DNA of 64,000 nucleotides from a virus, in IMG/VR virus record IMGVR_UViG_3300020172_001416, positions 1 to 64,000 of that record. One strand, written 5' to 3'. Both the position numbers and the translations under genes were made by a program. Below the pieces are notes generated by a model. It was not told the DNA's origin and made no database searches. It saw nothing but the letters and a program-made list of their open reading frames with translations. Positions 55,988 through 64,000 of the stretch are shown piece after piece (within the stretch, counting starts at the first letter, position 1; the number at the start of each line of letters is the position of its first letter).

Positions 55988-56296
55988 ATGAGATACAGAG
56001 ACTTTTTTCCAGAAGGATATTCCGATGGGGCGGTATTCAACCAAACCAAAGGAGATTTTGGTCAAGAACAACCAGAAGAAATGCCTTCCACTGACCCAAA
56101 AGATTTAGCAATCCGTACCGCACGTATCAGTGATATCTTAGAACGGAATATCCCAACTAGCCCAGACAAGTGGGCAAAGGCTAAGGCAGCAGCACGTTCA
56201 AAGTTCAAGGTCTATCCATCTGCATACGCTAACTTATGGGCAGCAAAGAAATATAAGAGTATGGGTGGTGGTTGGAAGAAGGGAAAAAATGATTAA
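55988..56296 (+). CDS. small basic protein, putative internal head protein
   Basis: KWAKAK..KFKVYPSAYAN.W..KKYK..GGGW. Confidence 0.7.
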   Translation: MRYRDFFPEGYSDGAVFNQTKGDFGQEQPEEMPSTDPKDLAIRTARISDILERNIPTSPDKWAKAKAAARSKFKVYPSAYANLWAAKKYKSMGGGWKKGKND

Positions 56297-56624
56297 GTTA
56301 ATGGATATCTTACTTGAAGAAGAACAACCTCATCAAAAAGAGATGATTGACGGGGTTGTTGATATGCTTAATCAAGTAAAAGATATCGATAATAGAAAAG
56401 AAATGGCAATGGATAGATTAAAAGATTTTAAACAAAGTAAAATTGAAATCAATCCAAAAGAGTTTATGGCAAGAGTTGGGTTAGATTCCATAGATGAAAA
56501 GTGGACAAAGAAATATAAGAAGTCTATCGATTGTAGTAATCCAAAAGGTTTTAGTCAACGAGCACATTGTGCTGGTCGCAAAAAGCGAAAAAGTGGCGGC
56601 ATAACTAAATCAAAACCAGTATGA
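56289..56624 (+). CDS. small protein, putative internal head protein
   Basis: MIKLMDILLEE leader; IDE-KWTKKYKKSIDCSNPKGFSQRAHC. Confidence 0.7.
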   Translation: MIKLMDILLEEEQPHQKEMIDGVVDMLNQVKDIDNRKEMAMDRLKDFKQSKIEINPKEFMARVGLDSIDEKWTKKYKKSIDCSNPKGFSQRAHCAGRKKRKSGGITKSKPV

Positions 56625-56956
56625 CACGACTTTCCGACTTATTAGTTGAAGTATCTATTGACCTTGACGAAAAGTATAAAACCAAGGGAAGTCTTGGTAA
56701 GTGGCTTCGTCAAAAGTGGGTTGATATTTCTCGTAAAGACCCAAAGACCGGCAAGCATCCACCGTGTGGAGCTTCTGCTGGTAAGGGAGAACGTGGTTCA
56801 TCTGGGTCACGTAAATATCCAAAGTGTCGTCCAGCACGTTCTGCGGCAGCAATGAGTAAGGGTGAAAAGCGGTCAGCAGTCACTCGTAAACGTAAAGCAG
56901 GAAATCCGGGTGGGAAACCAACAATGGTATCCACGCTTAAGAAGGAAGAAGAATAA
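56621..56956 (+). CDS. small basic protein, putative internal head protein
   Basis: MTRLSDLLVE leader; LGKWLRQKWVDI..PPCG..YPKCRP. Confidence 0.7.
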   Translation: MTRLSDLLVEVSIDLDEKYKTKGSLGKWLRQKWVDISRKDPKTGKHPPCGASAGKGERGSSGSRKYPKCRPARSAAAMSKGEKRSAVTRKRKAGNPGGKPTMVSTLKKEEE

Positions 56957-57372
56957 TGGAAAATATTACTGAAGCCTGTTGGGAAGGATATAAGCAAGTT
57001 GGGATGAAAGACAAAAGTGGCAAAATGGTCCCAAACTGCGTTCCTATCAATGAAGACGATATTATTGAAGATTATTGTCCACGGTGCTTGGCAATGCAAA
57101 TTTTACGGTCGGCTACAGAACCTCTTGAAGAGGCCGAATACCACGGTCGTAAAGTTCCTCTTGGAAAACCAATGCGGGGTGACGTTAAAAAGTTCAAAGT
57201 ATTCGTAAAAGACCCAAGCACTGGTAACGTTAAGAAGGTCAACTTTGGTGACAAGACGATGAGAATTAAGAAGTCTAATCCAGCTCGTCGTAAGTCATTC
57301 CGTGCAAGACACAACTGCGCAAACCCAGGTCCACGTACTAAGGCAAGATACTGGTCTTGCCGGAAGTGGTAA
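56956..57372 (+). CDS. small basic two-module protein, putative internal head protein
   Basis: ITE-ACWEGYKQVG..VPNCVP; LEE-AEYHGRKV..KKVNFG..RRKSFRARHNC..YWSCRKW. Confidence 0.7.
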   Translation: MENITEACWEGYKQVGMKDKSGKMVPNCVPINEDDIIEDYCPRCLAMQILRSATEPLEEAEYHGRKVPLGKPMRGDVKKFKVFVKDPSTGNVKKVNFGDKTMRIKKSNPARRKSFRARHNCANPGPRTKARYWSCRKW

Positions 57373-57373
57373 T

Positions 57374-57589
57374 ATGAAAGAAAAAGTCTCACGGAAGATT
57401 TCCGACGCTGTATTAAAGAAAATGGGTTATACATTCGACCCTAAAGAATTTCATATGGGAATGAATGTAGAAATGGAACATAAAGATGTTACGAATGGAA
57501 ACGTGGTAATGACGGCAAAAATTGCCGCGGCCCACTTGACAGAGAACCCAAAATATTATACATTACTTAAGAAGTATGTGGAGAAATAA
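57374..57589 (+). CDS. small helical protein with ExEH..H motif
   Basis: GMNVEMEH..KIAAAHLTENPKYY. Confidence 0.7.
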   Translation: MKEKVSRKISDAVLKKMGYTFDPKEFHMGMNVEMEHKDVTNGNVVMTAKIAAAHLTENPKYYTLLKKYVEK

Positions 57590-57590
57590 A

Positions 57591-57926
57591 ATGAGTACAA
57601 AGTTAAAGGACTTATTGTCAGAAAACGTAGAAAATCGCGTTAGTTTAACGCGTATTGAAGCTATTTTAGAAAATTTGGCACCACAATTAAGTGAAGCCGA
57701 ACAAAACAAATTGGCTGGCGCCTATGTTGAATTAAAGACATTAGCAACAGCACTAAACGAAACTCCATATACTATCTTCAATCACGACCACTGGAAGTTA
57801 TTAAAGATGGTATTGGTAGGCAAGGTCGCTGAATTACGACTTGTTCTTGAAGATATCGCAGAAGATAATAAAGAAATCGACTTCTTCCCAATTATGAAGG
57901 CGGTCGATTTAATTCTTACTTACTAA
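57591..57926 (+). CDS. putative internal head protein
   Basis: MSTKLKDLLSE leader. Confidence 0.65.
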   Translation: MSTKLKDLLSENVENRVSLTRIEAILENLAPQLSEAEQNKLAGAYVELKTLATALNETPYTIFNHDHWKLLKMVLVGKVAELRLVLEDIAEDNKEIDFFPIMKAVDLILTY

Positions 57927-57936
57927 GTGAGGGGTT

Positions 57937-59805
57937 ATGGCAGATACTAGTGTGTTTGGTCGCCTACGGAAACTGTTTTCAACAAATACAGTTGTCCGTA
58001 ATGTAGGCGGTAAAAGATTAAAAGTCGCTGACACCGACAATATCCAGTCGTTTATCAATAGACGCGGTATTGATAGATACCACCGCGTCTATTCATCAAT
58101 GACGGGAGGATATGGTGCAGCTGGTGGTCGTTACGAATCGTCAGCAGCATTCCAAGGGTCACGCCTTCAATTGTTCCGTGACTATGATATGATGGATAAT
58201 GACCCTATCATTTCATCGGTTATGGACATTTACGCCGACGAATCAACTGTAAAAGATGAATTCGGACAAGTACTTAGTATCCGTTCAAAAAACCAACAAA
58301 TTCAAGATATTCTCCATAACTTATTCTATGATGTATTGAATGTTGAATTCAATCTCTGGCCATGGGTCAGAAATATGGCTAAGTATGGAGATTTCTTTTT
58401 ATTCCTTGACATCGATGAAAAGTACGGTGTGGTAAACGCTATTCCACTTTCCATCTATGAAACCATCCGTGTAGAAGGTCAAGACCCAGGCAATCCATTC
58501 TCAGTCAAGTTCAAGATTGAAAATGACTTCTTAGCACTAGGTAAAAAGGAATTTGATAATTACGAAATCGCACACTTCCGTCTCCTTTCTGATACGAACT
58601 TCCTTCCATACGGAAAGGCGATGATTGAAGGCGGCCGCCGTATTTGGAAGCAACTTCAATTGATGGAAGACGCGATGTTGATTCATCGTATTATGAGAGC
58701 ACCAGACAAGCGTAAGGTCTTGGTGGATATCGGTAATATTCCACCAGCTGAAATTGATACGCATATGCAACGTATCATTGACCGCATGAAGAAAGTACCA
58801 TTAGTGGACCCAAAGACGGGTGACTACAATCTTCGTTACAATATGATGAACATCACGGAAGATTTCTATCTTCCAGTTCGTGGTAAGGATTCTGGAACAG
58901 ATATTACCAATCTCCCAGGTCTCCAATTCAACGCTATTGAAGATATCGAATATCTCCGTAATAAGTTGATGGCAGCCTTCAAGGTACCGAAGTCATTCTT
59001 GGGGTACGAAGAAGATAATAGTGGTAAGGCATCATTGGCAGCACAAGACGTTCGGTTCGCTCGTACCATCGAACGCATTCAACGTATTGTCGTATCAGAA
59101 CTCACCAAGATTGCAATTATTCACTTATATGTTCAAGGATTTACCGACGAAGAATTGATTGACTTTGAGCTTGAAATGACTTCACCATCGGTCATTTACG
59201 AACAAGAAAAGTTAAACTTGTGGAAGGAAAAAGTCTCCTTAGCAGAACAAATTGCTAATAGTAAGTTCCTTTCCCGTGATTGGGTATATCATAATATTCT
59301 TCAAATCGCTCAAGATGATGCGAAGGAAGAACAAAAGAAAGTTGAACAAGATATGCAAATGTTGGCAAAGTTAGACGCAGCTCAACAACAACCAACGCAA
59401 CCAGAACAACCAACACAATCAGCAGAAACTCCGGCCGCAGAAGAACCTGCTCCAGAAGACCAAAAGATTGATAGTGTAGCTGATGTTTTGGCTTCATTGG
59501 AAGATATCCCAACTGAAGATGAAGGTGGTGACGACTCTGAATTAGAAGAAGCCAAGATAGGTCGTCCAAAAGAAGGTCAAAAGTATGGTCAAGATAGTCA
59601 CCCACGGGGACGCGACCCACTTGGGCATAAGGAAAACTTGGGAGCTTTACGAGTAGGACAATTACGTAAGCCAACCAAAAAGTCACCACTATCCTTAGAA
59701 AATCACGAAGTTTTTAACCTCATTAAACAACTAAACGCACATAAATCTGGTACAGCACAACCTAGTATCTTAAGTGAAGATAACATTTTAGACATAGAAA
59801 ACTAA
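57937..59805 (+). CDS. portal protein (gp20-like)
   Basis: QLQLMEDAMLIHRIMRAP..DIGNIP..EDFYLP.RG..GTDI..LPG..AAFKVP. Confidence 0.95.
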   Translation: MADTSVFGRLRKLFSTNTVVRNVGGKRLKVADTDNIQSFINRRGIDRYHRVYSSMTGGYGAAGGRYESSAAFQGSRLQLFRDYDMMDNDPIISSVMDIYADESTVKDEFGQVLSIRSKNQQIQDILHNLFYDVLNVEFNLWPWVRNMAKYGDFFLFLDIDEKYGVVNAIPLSIYETIRVEGQDPGNPFSVKFKIENDFLALGKKEFDNYEIAHFRLLSDTNFLPYGKAMIEGGRRIWKQLQLMEDAMLIHRIMRAPDKRKVLVDIGNIPPAEIDTHMQRIIDRMKKVPLVDPKTGDYNLRYNMMNITEDFYLPVRGKDSGTDITNLPGLQFNAIEDIEYLRNKLMAAFKVPKSFLGYEEDNSGKASLAAQDVRFARTIERIQRIVVSELTKIAIIHLYVQGFTDEELIDFELEMTSPSVIYEQEKLNLWKEKVSLAEQIANSKFLSRDWVYHNILQIAQDDAKEEQKKVEQDMQMLAKLDAAQQQPTQPEQPTQSAETPAAEEPAPEDQKIDSVADVLASLEDIPTEDEGGDDSELEEAKIGRPKEGQKYGQDSHPRGRDPLGHKENLGALRVGQLRKPTKKSPLSLENHEVFNLIKQLNAHKSGTAQPSILSEDNILDIEN

Positions 59806-59857
59806 CGAACTAGGAAATATCATACTATTTAATATATGATAAGGTATTTATTCACTT

Positions 59858-60745
59858 ATGGCGGATTATCTTATGAAATCTAGTATCAAACACAATAAGT
59901 TGAGAAACACCGGCATTTTGTTTGAACTTCTAGTACGTCAAATTACAGCTGACGTAATGGAAAACAAACAAAACGGAGTAGCCGTCAAGTTAATGCGTGA
60001 ATTCTTCAATTCTAAGAAGGAACTAGGAAAGGAATTGATGTTGTATCGCGCATTCTTTAATGTTCAAAACTTATCTGAACAGAAGGCATTTCAATTATTG
60101 AAGCTAGTCAGTGAACAACGAAAGAATCTTGACCAACATACGTTAGATACACAAAAATACCTTTTAATTAAAGAAATTAAAAAGAATTTTGATTTGAAAG
60201 AATTTTTCGCAGCTCGCGTTCCATCATATAAAATTTACGCATCAATCTATAAGAATTTTGATGCAGCGGTCAATGGCGTCGGTGATGTCACAACGATTGA
60301 AGAATTAGCAAATAGCCAATTTACCATTGTAGAACATTTGTCTGGCAAGGCTGTCACAAAAGAAATCAAAGAACACAATGAACTGGCATCTATCATCCGT
60401 AGTCAAGACGATGATATTCGCTTCCTTTCTTACAGAATCTTAATTGAACGTTTTAACGAAAAGTATAAGGGATTAGACGAAGCGCAAAAGAAGCTTCTCC
60501 AAGAATATATCTATAATATTTCTAATACTGGTAATTTAAAGAAGTACACAATGTCAGAAAGTCGTAGATTGGTAAAAGAAATTTCAGAACGTGCTAAGAA
60601 AGTCTCCGATAAGGTCGTTCGTATTAAATTAGCAGAAGTTGTTACACAATTACAACGTATCCAACACGCGACAACCATCAAAGAAAATCATATGACGGCT
60701 ATGTTAATTGGATACGAAATCCTTAAGGAGCTCACGTCCCTATGA
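59858..60745 (+). CDS. hypothetical head-assembly-region protein (alternative start 59873)
   Basis: KHNKLRNTGILFELL; between portal and protease. Confidence 0.75.
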   Translation: MADYLMKSSIKHNKLRNTGILFELLVRQITADVMENKQNGVAVKLMREFFNSKKELGKELMLYRAFFNVQNLSEQKAFQLLKLVSEQRKNLDQHTLDTQKYLLIKEIKKNFDLKEFFAARVPSYKIYASIYKNFDAAVNGVGDVTTIEELANSQFTIVEHLSGKAVTKEIKEHNELASIIRSQDDDIRFLSYRILIERFNEKYKGLDEAQKKLLQEYIYNISNTGNLKKYTMSESRRLVKEISERAKKVSDKVVRIKLAEVVTQLQRIQHATTIKENHMTAMLIGYEILKELTSL

Positions 60746-61245
60746 CCAACGAAGAAAAGCTCAGAGCATATATCCGTAAGCTTATTGAAGAAGAATTAAA
60801 TGAAATTAGTACTTCTGCAGGAGCTGGAGCTTATTTAACAGCAAAAGCATTTCGTGGAAATATTAAACAAAATATTGCAAAGATGAAGAATGTTGCTACT
60901 CAATTGGGATATACGTTGTCACATCGTGGGGAAGAAGAATTAAAGAGTAGAGCAGACACGATGGAACAATTGCAAAAAGAAAACCTCGCAGAAGCAAAGA
61001 TGCGGTATCACGAATATAAGAAAGATGAAAGTGCGACTCCACATCAAAAGATTGCAAAGGCCATCTCAGAAGTCAATAAGAATCTTCAAGAAGTTGAACG
61101 GATGATTAAAATGAACGCCCGTTTACAAAGTGAGTCTGGAATTGCCAGTGAGGCATTATATCGCCGGACCCAACAAGGATTATTAAAGTTGGAAGCTCGG
61201 TTGATTCATCTAGCCGGCAAAGTCCGTGACATCAGAGGAAAGTAA
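60742..61245 (+). CDS. hypothetical head-region protein
   Basis: LRAYIRKLIEEELNE leader, coiled coil. Confidence 0.7.
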   Translation: MTNEEKLRAYIRKLIEEELNEISTSAGAGAYLTAKAFRGNIKQNIAKMKNVATQLGYTLSHRGEEELKSRADTMEQLQKENLAEAKMRYHEYKKDESATPHQKIAKAISEVNKNLQEVERMIKMNARLQSESGIASEALYRRTQQGLLKLEARLIHLAGKVRDIRGK

Positions 61246-61246
61246 T

Positions 61247-61834
61247 ATGAAGAACCTATTAGTTGAATACAACGTTATCGAATACGGTAAAGACCTTCTA
61301 GTTGAAGCAGCCGATGTTACTAAGCCATTAATGTTAAAGAATGTACTTCTTCAACGTGCTGAAGCAAAGAATCAAAATGGGCGTATTTATCCTCGGGAAA
61401 TTCTTTCGAGAGAAGCAGGACTATACAAAGAAAATTTCGTTGTACAACGCCGAGCACTTGGGGAACTCGACCATCCAGAAAGTCCAGTTGTTAACTTAAA
61501 GAATGTATGCTGTAACGTCACCGACCTTTGGTTTGAAGGTCAAGACGTTCGCGGAAATATCGAAATCCTTTCAACCCCATCTGGCAATATCGTTCGTGAA
61601 CTTATCAAGAACAATATTCGTCTCGGTGTCTCATCACGTGGTATGGGGTCAGTTCGTCAAATGGGCGAAAGTACGGTAGAAGTACAAGACGATTTCAGTC
61701 TCATCTGTTTCGATATCGTCAGTAACCCAAGTACTCACGGCGCTTTCATCAATGAAAACACTAAGAGTCAAATCATTACCCCATATTCACGTATCGATTC
61801 ACTTGTATACGATTTCTTAAGTGAAGTAAAATGA
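61247..61834 (+). CDS. prohead core protease (gp21-like)
   Basis: NQNGRIYP, ALGELDHP, TPSG, GVSSRGMGS, DIVSNPS. Confidence 0.95.
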   Translation: MKNLLVEYNVIEYGKDLLVEAADVTKPLMLKNVLLQRAEAKNQNGRIYPREILSREAGLYKENFVVQRRALGELDHPESPVVNLKNVCCNVTDLWFEGQDVRGNIEILSTPSGNIVRELIKNNIRLGVSSRGMGSVRQMGESTVEVQDDFSLICFDIVSNPSTHGAFINENTKSQIITPYSRIDSLVYDFLSEVK

Positions 61835-62397
61835 AATTAGCGAAGGAATTTGTTAAATTTACTGTAAAAGAATTAGGATTAAAATCACTACCTAAGAGTA
61901 TCAAATTCGAAGGTGATAATTATTCTGCTCAGTATTTAACATTTGGTACATACAACCCTTCTACCGATGAAGTTGTTGTTGTTAAGGGGCAACGACATCC
62001 CGTCGATGTTCTTCGTACATTAGCACATGAATTAGTTCATCACAAGCAACGTGAAGATGGTCAAGAATTAAATGGTGAAGATGGGTCAAATATTGAAAAT
62101 GAAGCAAACGCAAAGGCTGGTGAATTGATGAGAAAGTTTAGAACAGTTCGCCCAGAAATATTTAATGTTGGTCCTTGGGGATTTCATACAAATATGGAAA
62201 ACAATAAGATTGAGAAGATTTTACACGTTGCTAAGACGGGTGAACCAGAAAAGATTGATGAACAGTACGTTGATGGGTTTACCGCAAAATTATTGGTGAC
62301 GGTGGCTCACAAACTTTCCCCAGAAAATAGAAAGAAGTTTTATAATGAATCGATTGGTGATATGGTCACCCTCGCATATAAATTAGTTACTCGGTAA
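61831..62397 (+). CDS. zincin-like metallopeptidase-motif protein
   Basis: RTLAHELVHHKQ..ENEANA. Confidence 0.7.
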   Translation: MKLAKEFVKFTVKELGLKSLPKSIKFEGDNYSAQYLTFGTYNPSTDEVVVVKGQRHPVDVLRTLAHELVHHKQREDGQELNGEDGSNIENEANAKAGELMRKFRTVRPEIFNVGPWGFHTNMENNKIEKILHVAKTGEPEKIDEQYVDGFTAKLLVTVAHKLSPENRKKFYNESIGDMVTLAYKLVTR

Positions 62398-62409
62398 AAC
62401 GGAGGCAGT

Positions 62410-62625
62410 ATGTACGTTGAAGTAAAAGGCGATAAGCAGTCTGATTTAGAACGGGCCCTCCAACAATTCGTCAAGCAAGTTAAGCGGGCTGAATTAATGG
62501 AAGATTTAAAGAAGAAAGAGTTCTACTTAAAGAAATCTAAAAGACTTGAAAAGAAGAGTCAAGACGCGTTCCGTAGACGGAAACGGGAAGAGAGTAAGGC
62601 CCAGAAGAAGAATAATACATTCTAA
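62410..62625 (+). CDS. rpsU: 30S ribosomal protein bS21
   Basis: VEV..LERALQQFVKQVKRAELMEDLKKKEFYLKKS..; GGAGG SD. Confidence 0.85.
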   Translation: MYVEVKGDKQSDLERALQQFVKQVKRAELMEDLKKKEFYLKKSKRLEKKSQDAFRRRKREESKAQKKNNTF

Positions 62626-62758
62626 CTAAAAAATGATGTTTTTAAGAAAACGTTAATATATATTTAAAGTACACCTCATTTGGGGTGTGATTTTGTTGTA
62701 TATATTACTTTGTAATGGCTCTGAATAGTCATTTTTATTCTCATAGGAGAGCACTTTT

Positions 62759-63970
62759 ATGGCAGAGTTCGAATTCACGAACAAGCTTTTAAGAGAAGCT
62801 ATCGCAGACGCAGAAGCAGTTCGTCAAACTGCTATTGAAAATGCAAAGCTTTCATTAGAAGAAACGTTCACACCCCAAATTAAGTCTATGATTTCTCGTA
62901 GACTTCGTGCCGAAGCAGAAGGCATGGAAGAACCAGAAGAAGAAAAAGAAGCACCAGAAGCAGAAAAGGAAGCTCCAAAGATGGCAGCTACCGCCGAACC
63001 AAAGATGGAAACTGCTAAGGAAATGGACGCACACGAAGCAGAACCAACTGGTAAGTCTGATATGCACCTCGCTACATCAGATATCGGCGCTTCTGACAAC
63101 AAGGAACCTTCAGCAGCAGCATTTGATTCCGCAGAAGATGACCAAAGTGGTGAAGATGCAGGTGAAGGTGAAACCGATTGGTACGAAGATTGGACAGAAG
63201 CTGACTTCGACCTTGACGAAGTAATCAAGGAACTCGAAGAAGACATGAAGAAGATGTCAGGCGAAGAAGAAGACGAAGAAGATAAGGAAGAAGAAATGGC
63301 TGACGAAGCATATCCAGCAGAAGACCCAGAAGCTGGTGTTGAAAAGCCTGAAATTCCAGCAAAGACATCACATATCGGAACCGCAGAAGGCGCAGAAGAT
63401 GCAGCCAATGTAAATACTTTCGTAACCGAACCATCAGATGTAAATAAGATGGAAGGTGAAGAAGGCGAAGAAATGAAAGGTCACGAAGAAGAAGGCGAAG
63501 AAGAAGAATTGGATTTAGAAGCAATCCTCAAGGAACTCGAAGCCGAAGATGAAATGGAAAAGAAATCATCTGAAAAAATGGCTTCCCTTGAAAAAGAACT
63601 TGCAGAATATCGTCAGGCTGTAAAGCTCCTACGAGGCAAGCTACATGAAGTAAATCTTCTCAACGCAAAACTCTTATATACCAACAAAATCTTCCGTAAG
63701 GAAGGTTTGACCACCGAACAAAAGGTGTCAGTCATTGAAAACTTTGACCGTGCAACCTCAGTTCGTGAAGTCAAGATGGTATACACAGTTCTTGTTGAAA
63801 CATTAACTTCAACAGCAAAAACAATTAAGTCTACAAAGGCAACAAAGGTCGTTGCAGAAGGATTTGCAAGTAAGGCAACCCCAAGCACCGCACCAAAGGC
63901 AGCAGCAATGGAAGTAATCTCAGAAAACTCCGTTGCAAAGCGCTTACAACAATTAGCAGGTCTTATCTAA
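62759..63970 (+). CDS. prohead core scaffold protein (gp22-like)
   Basis: Highly acidic coiled coil; LLREAIADA..; EVNLLNAKLLY; ends RLQQLAGL, just before the capsid gene. Confidence 0.8.
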   Translation: MAEFEFTNKLLREAIADAEAVRQTAIENAKLSLEETFTPQIKSMISRRLRAEAEGMEEPEEEKEAPEAEKEAPKMAATAEPKMETAKEMDAHEAEPTGKSDMHLATSDIGASDNKEPSAAAFDSAEDDQSGEDAGEGETDWYEDWTEADFDLDEVIKELEEDMKKMSGEEEDEEDKEEEMADEAYPAEDPEAGVEKPEIPAKTSHIGTAEGAEDAANVNTFVTEPSDVNKMEGEEGEEMKGHEEEGEEEELDLEAILKELEAEDEMEKKSSEKMASLEKELAEYRQAVKLLRGKLHEVNLLNAKLLYTNKIFRKEGLTTEQKVSVIENFDRATSVREVKMVYTVLVETLTSTAKTIKSTKATKVVAEGFASKATPSTAPKAAAMEVISENSVAKRLQQLAGLI

Positions 63971-63989
63971 CCTCATAGGAGAATAACCA

Positions 63990-64000
63990 ATGTCCGACGT
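63990..64000 (+). CDS. start of next gene, probably major capsid protein (truncated)
   Basis: AGGAG SD then ATG 63990; T4 gene order portal-protease-scaffold-capsid. Confidence 0.5.

Noticed and set aside
1-64000. All minus-strand ORFs
   Set aside because: Antisense shadows of + strand genes or RNAs, without recognisable motifs
1-64000. CRISPR array, rRNA, inteins
   Set aside because: No regularly spaced repeats and no rRNA-like sequence; terminase, primase and portal have normal lengths without intein motifs

Overview
This is a 64 kb segment of a large, T4-like (myovirus-type) jumbo bacteriophage. It uses the standard genetic code and essentially every real gene is on the + strand. Left part: two tRNA clusters (13 intact-looking tRNAs including one cut by the window edge, one atypical tRNA-Gly, fragments, and a group I intron in tRNA-Leu(UAA)). 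These are interleaved with HNH endonucleases, several unassigned structured RNAs and a tmRNA. A ~9 kb operon of exported/membrane proteins follows: two CsgG-like paralogs, a cohesin-dockerin-like protein and a beta-barrel protein, then a NucA nuclease, lipase, GH19 endolysin and amidase. Auxiliary genes include purA, guaB, uvsE, hsp20, glycosyl- and methyltransferases and an HD hydrolase. Right part: gp55-like late sigma factor, baseplate/tail genes, resolvase, primase, a fused Mre11-Rad50 (SbcDC), terminase, a cluster of putative capsid-packaged internal proteins, portal, prohead protease, ribosomal protein bS21, scaffold, and the first codons of the probable major capsid protein. The most novel-looking items are the phage-encoded CsgG/cohesin-dockerin envelope module, the protease-processed internal protein cluster, HNH-tRNA overlap cassettes, non-canonical tRNAs, a hairpin displaying a perfect complement to the 16S rRNA tail, and hairpin-embedded late promoters. 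All family assignments come from motif recognition by eye; no database searches were run.
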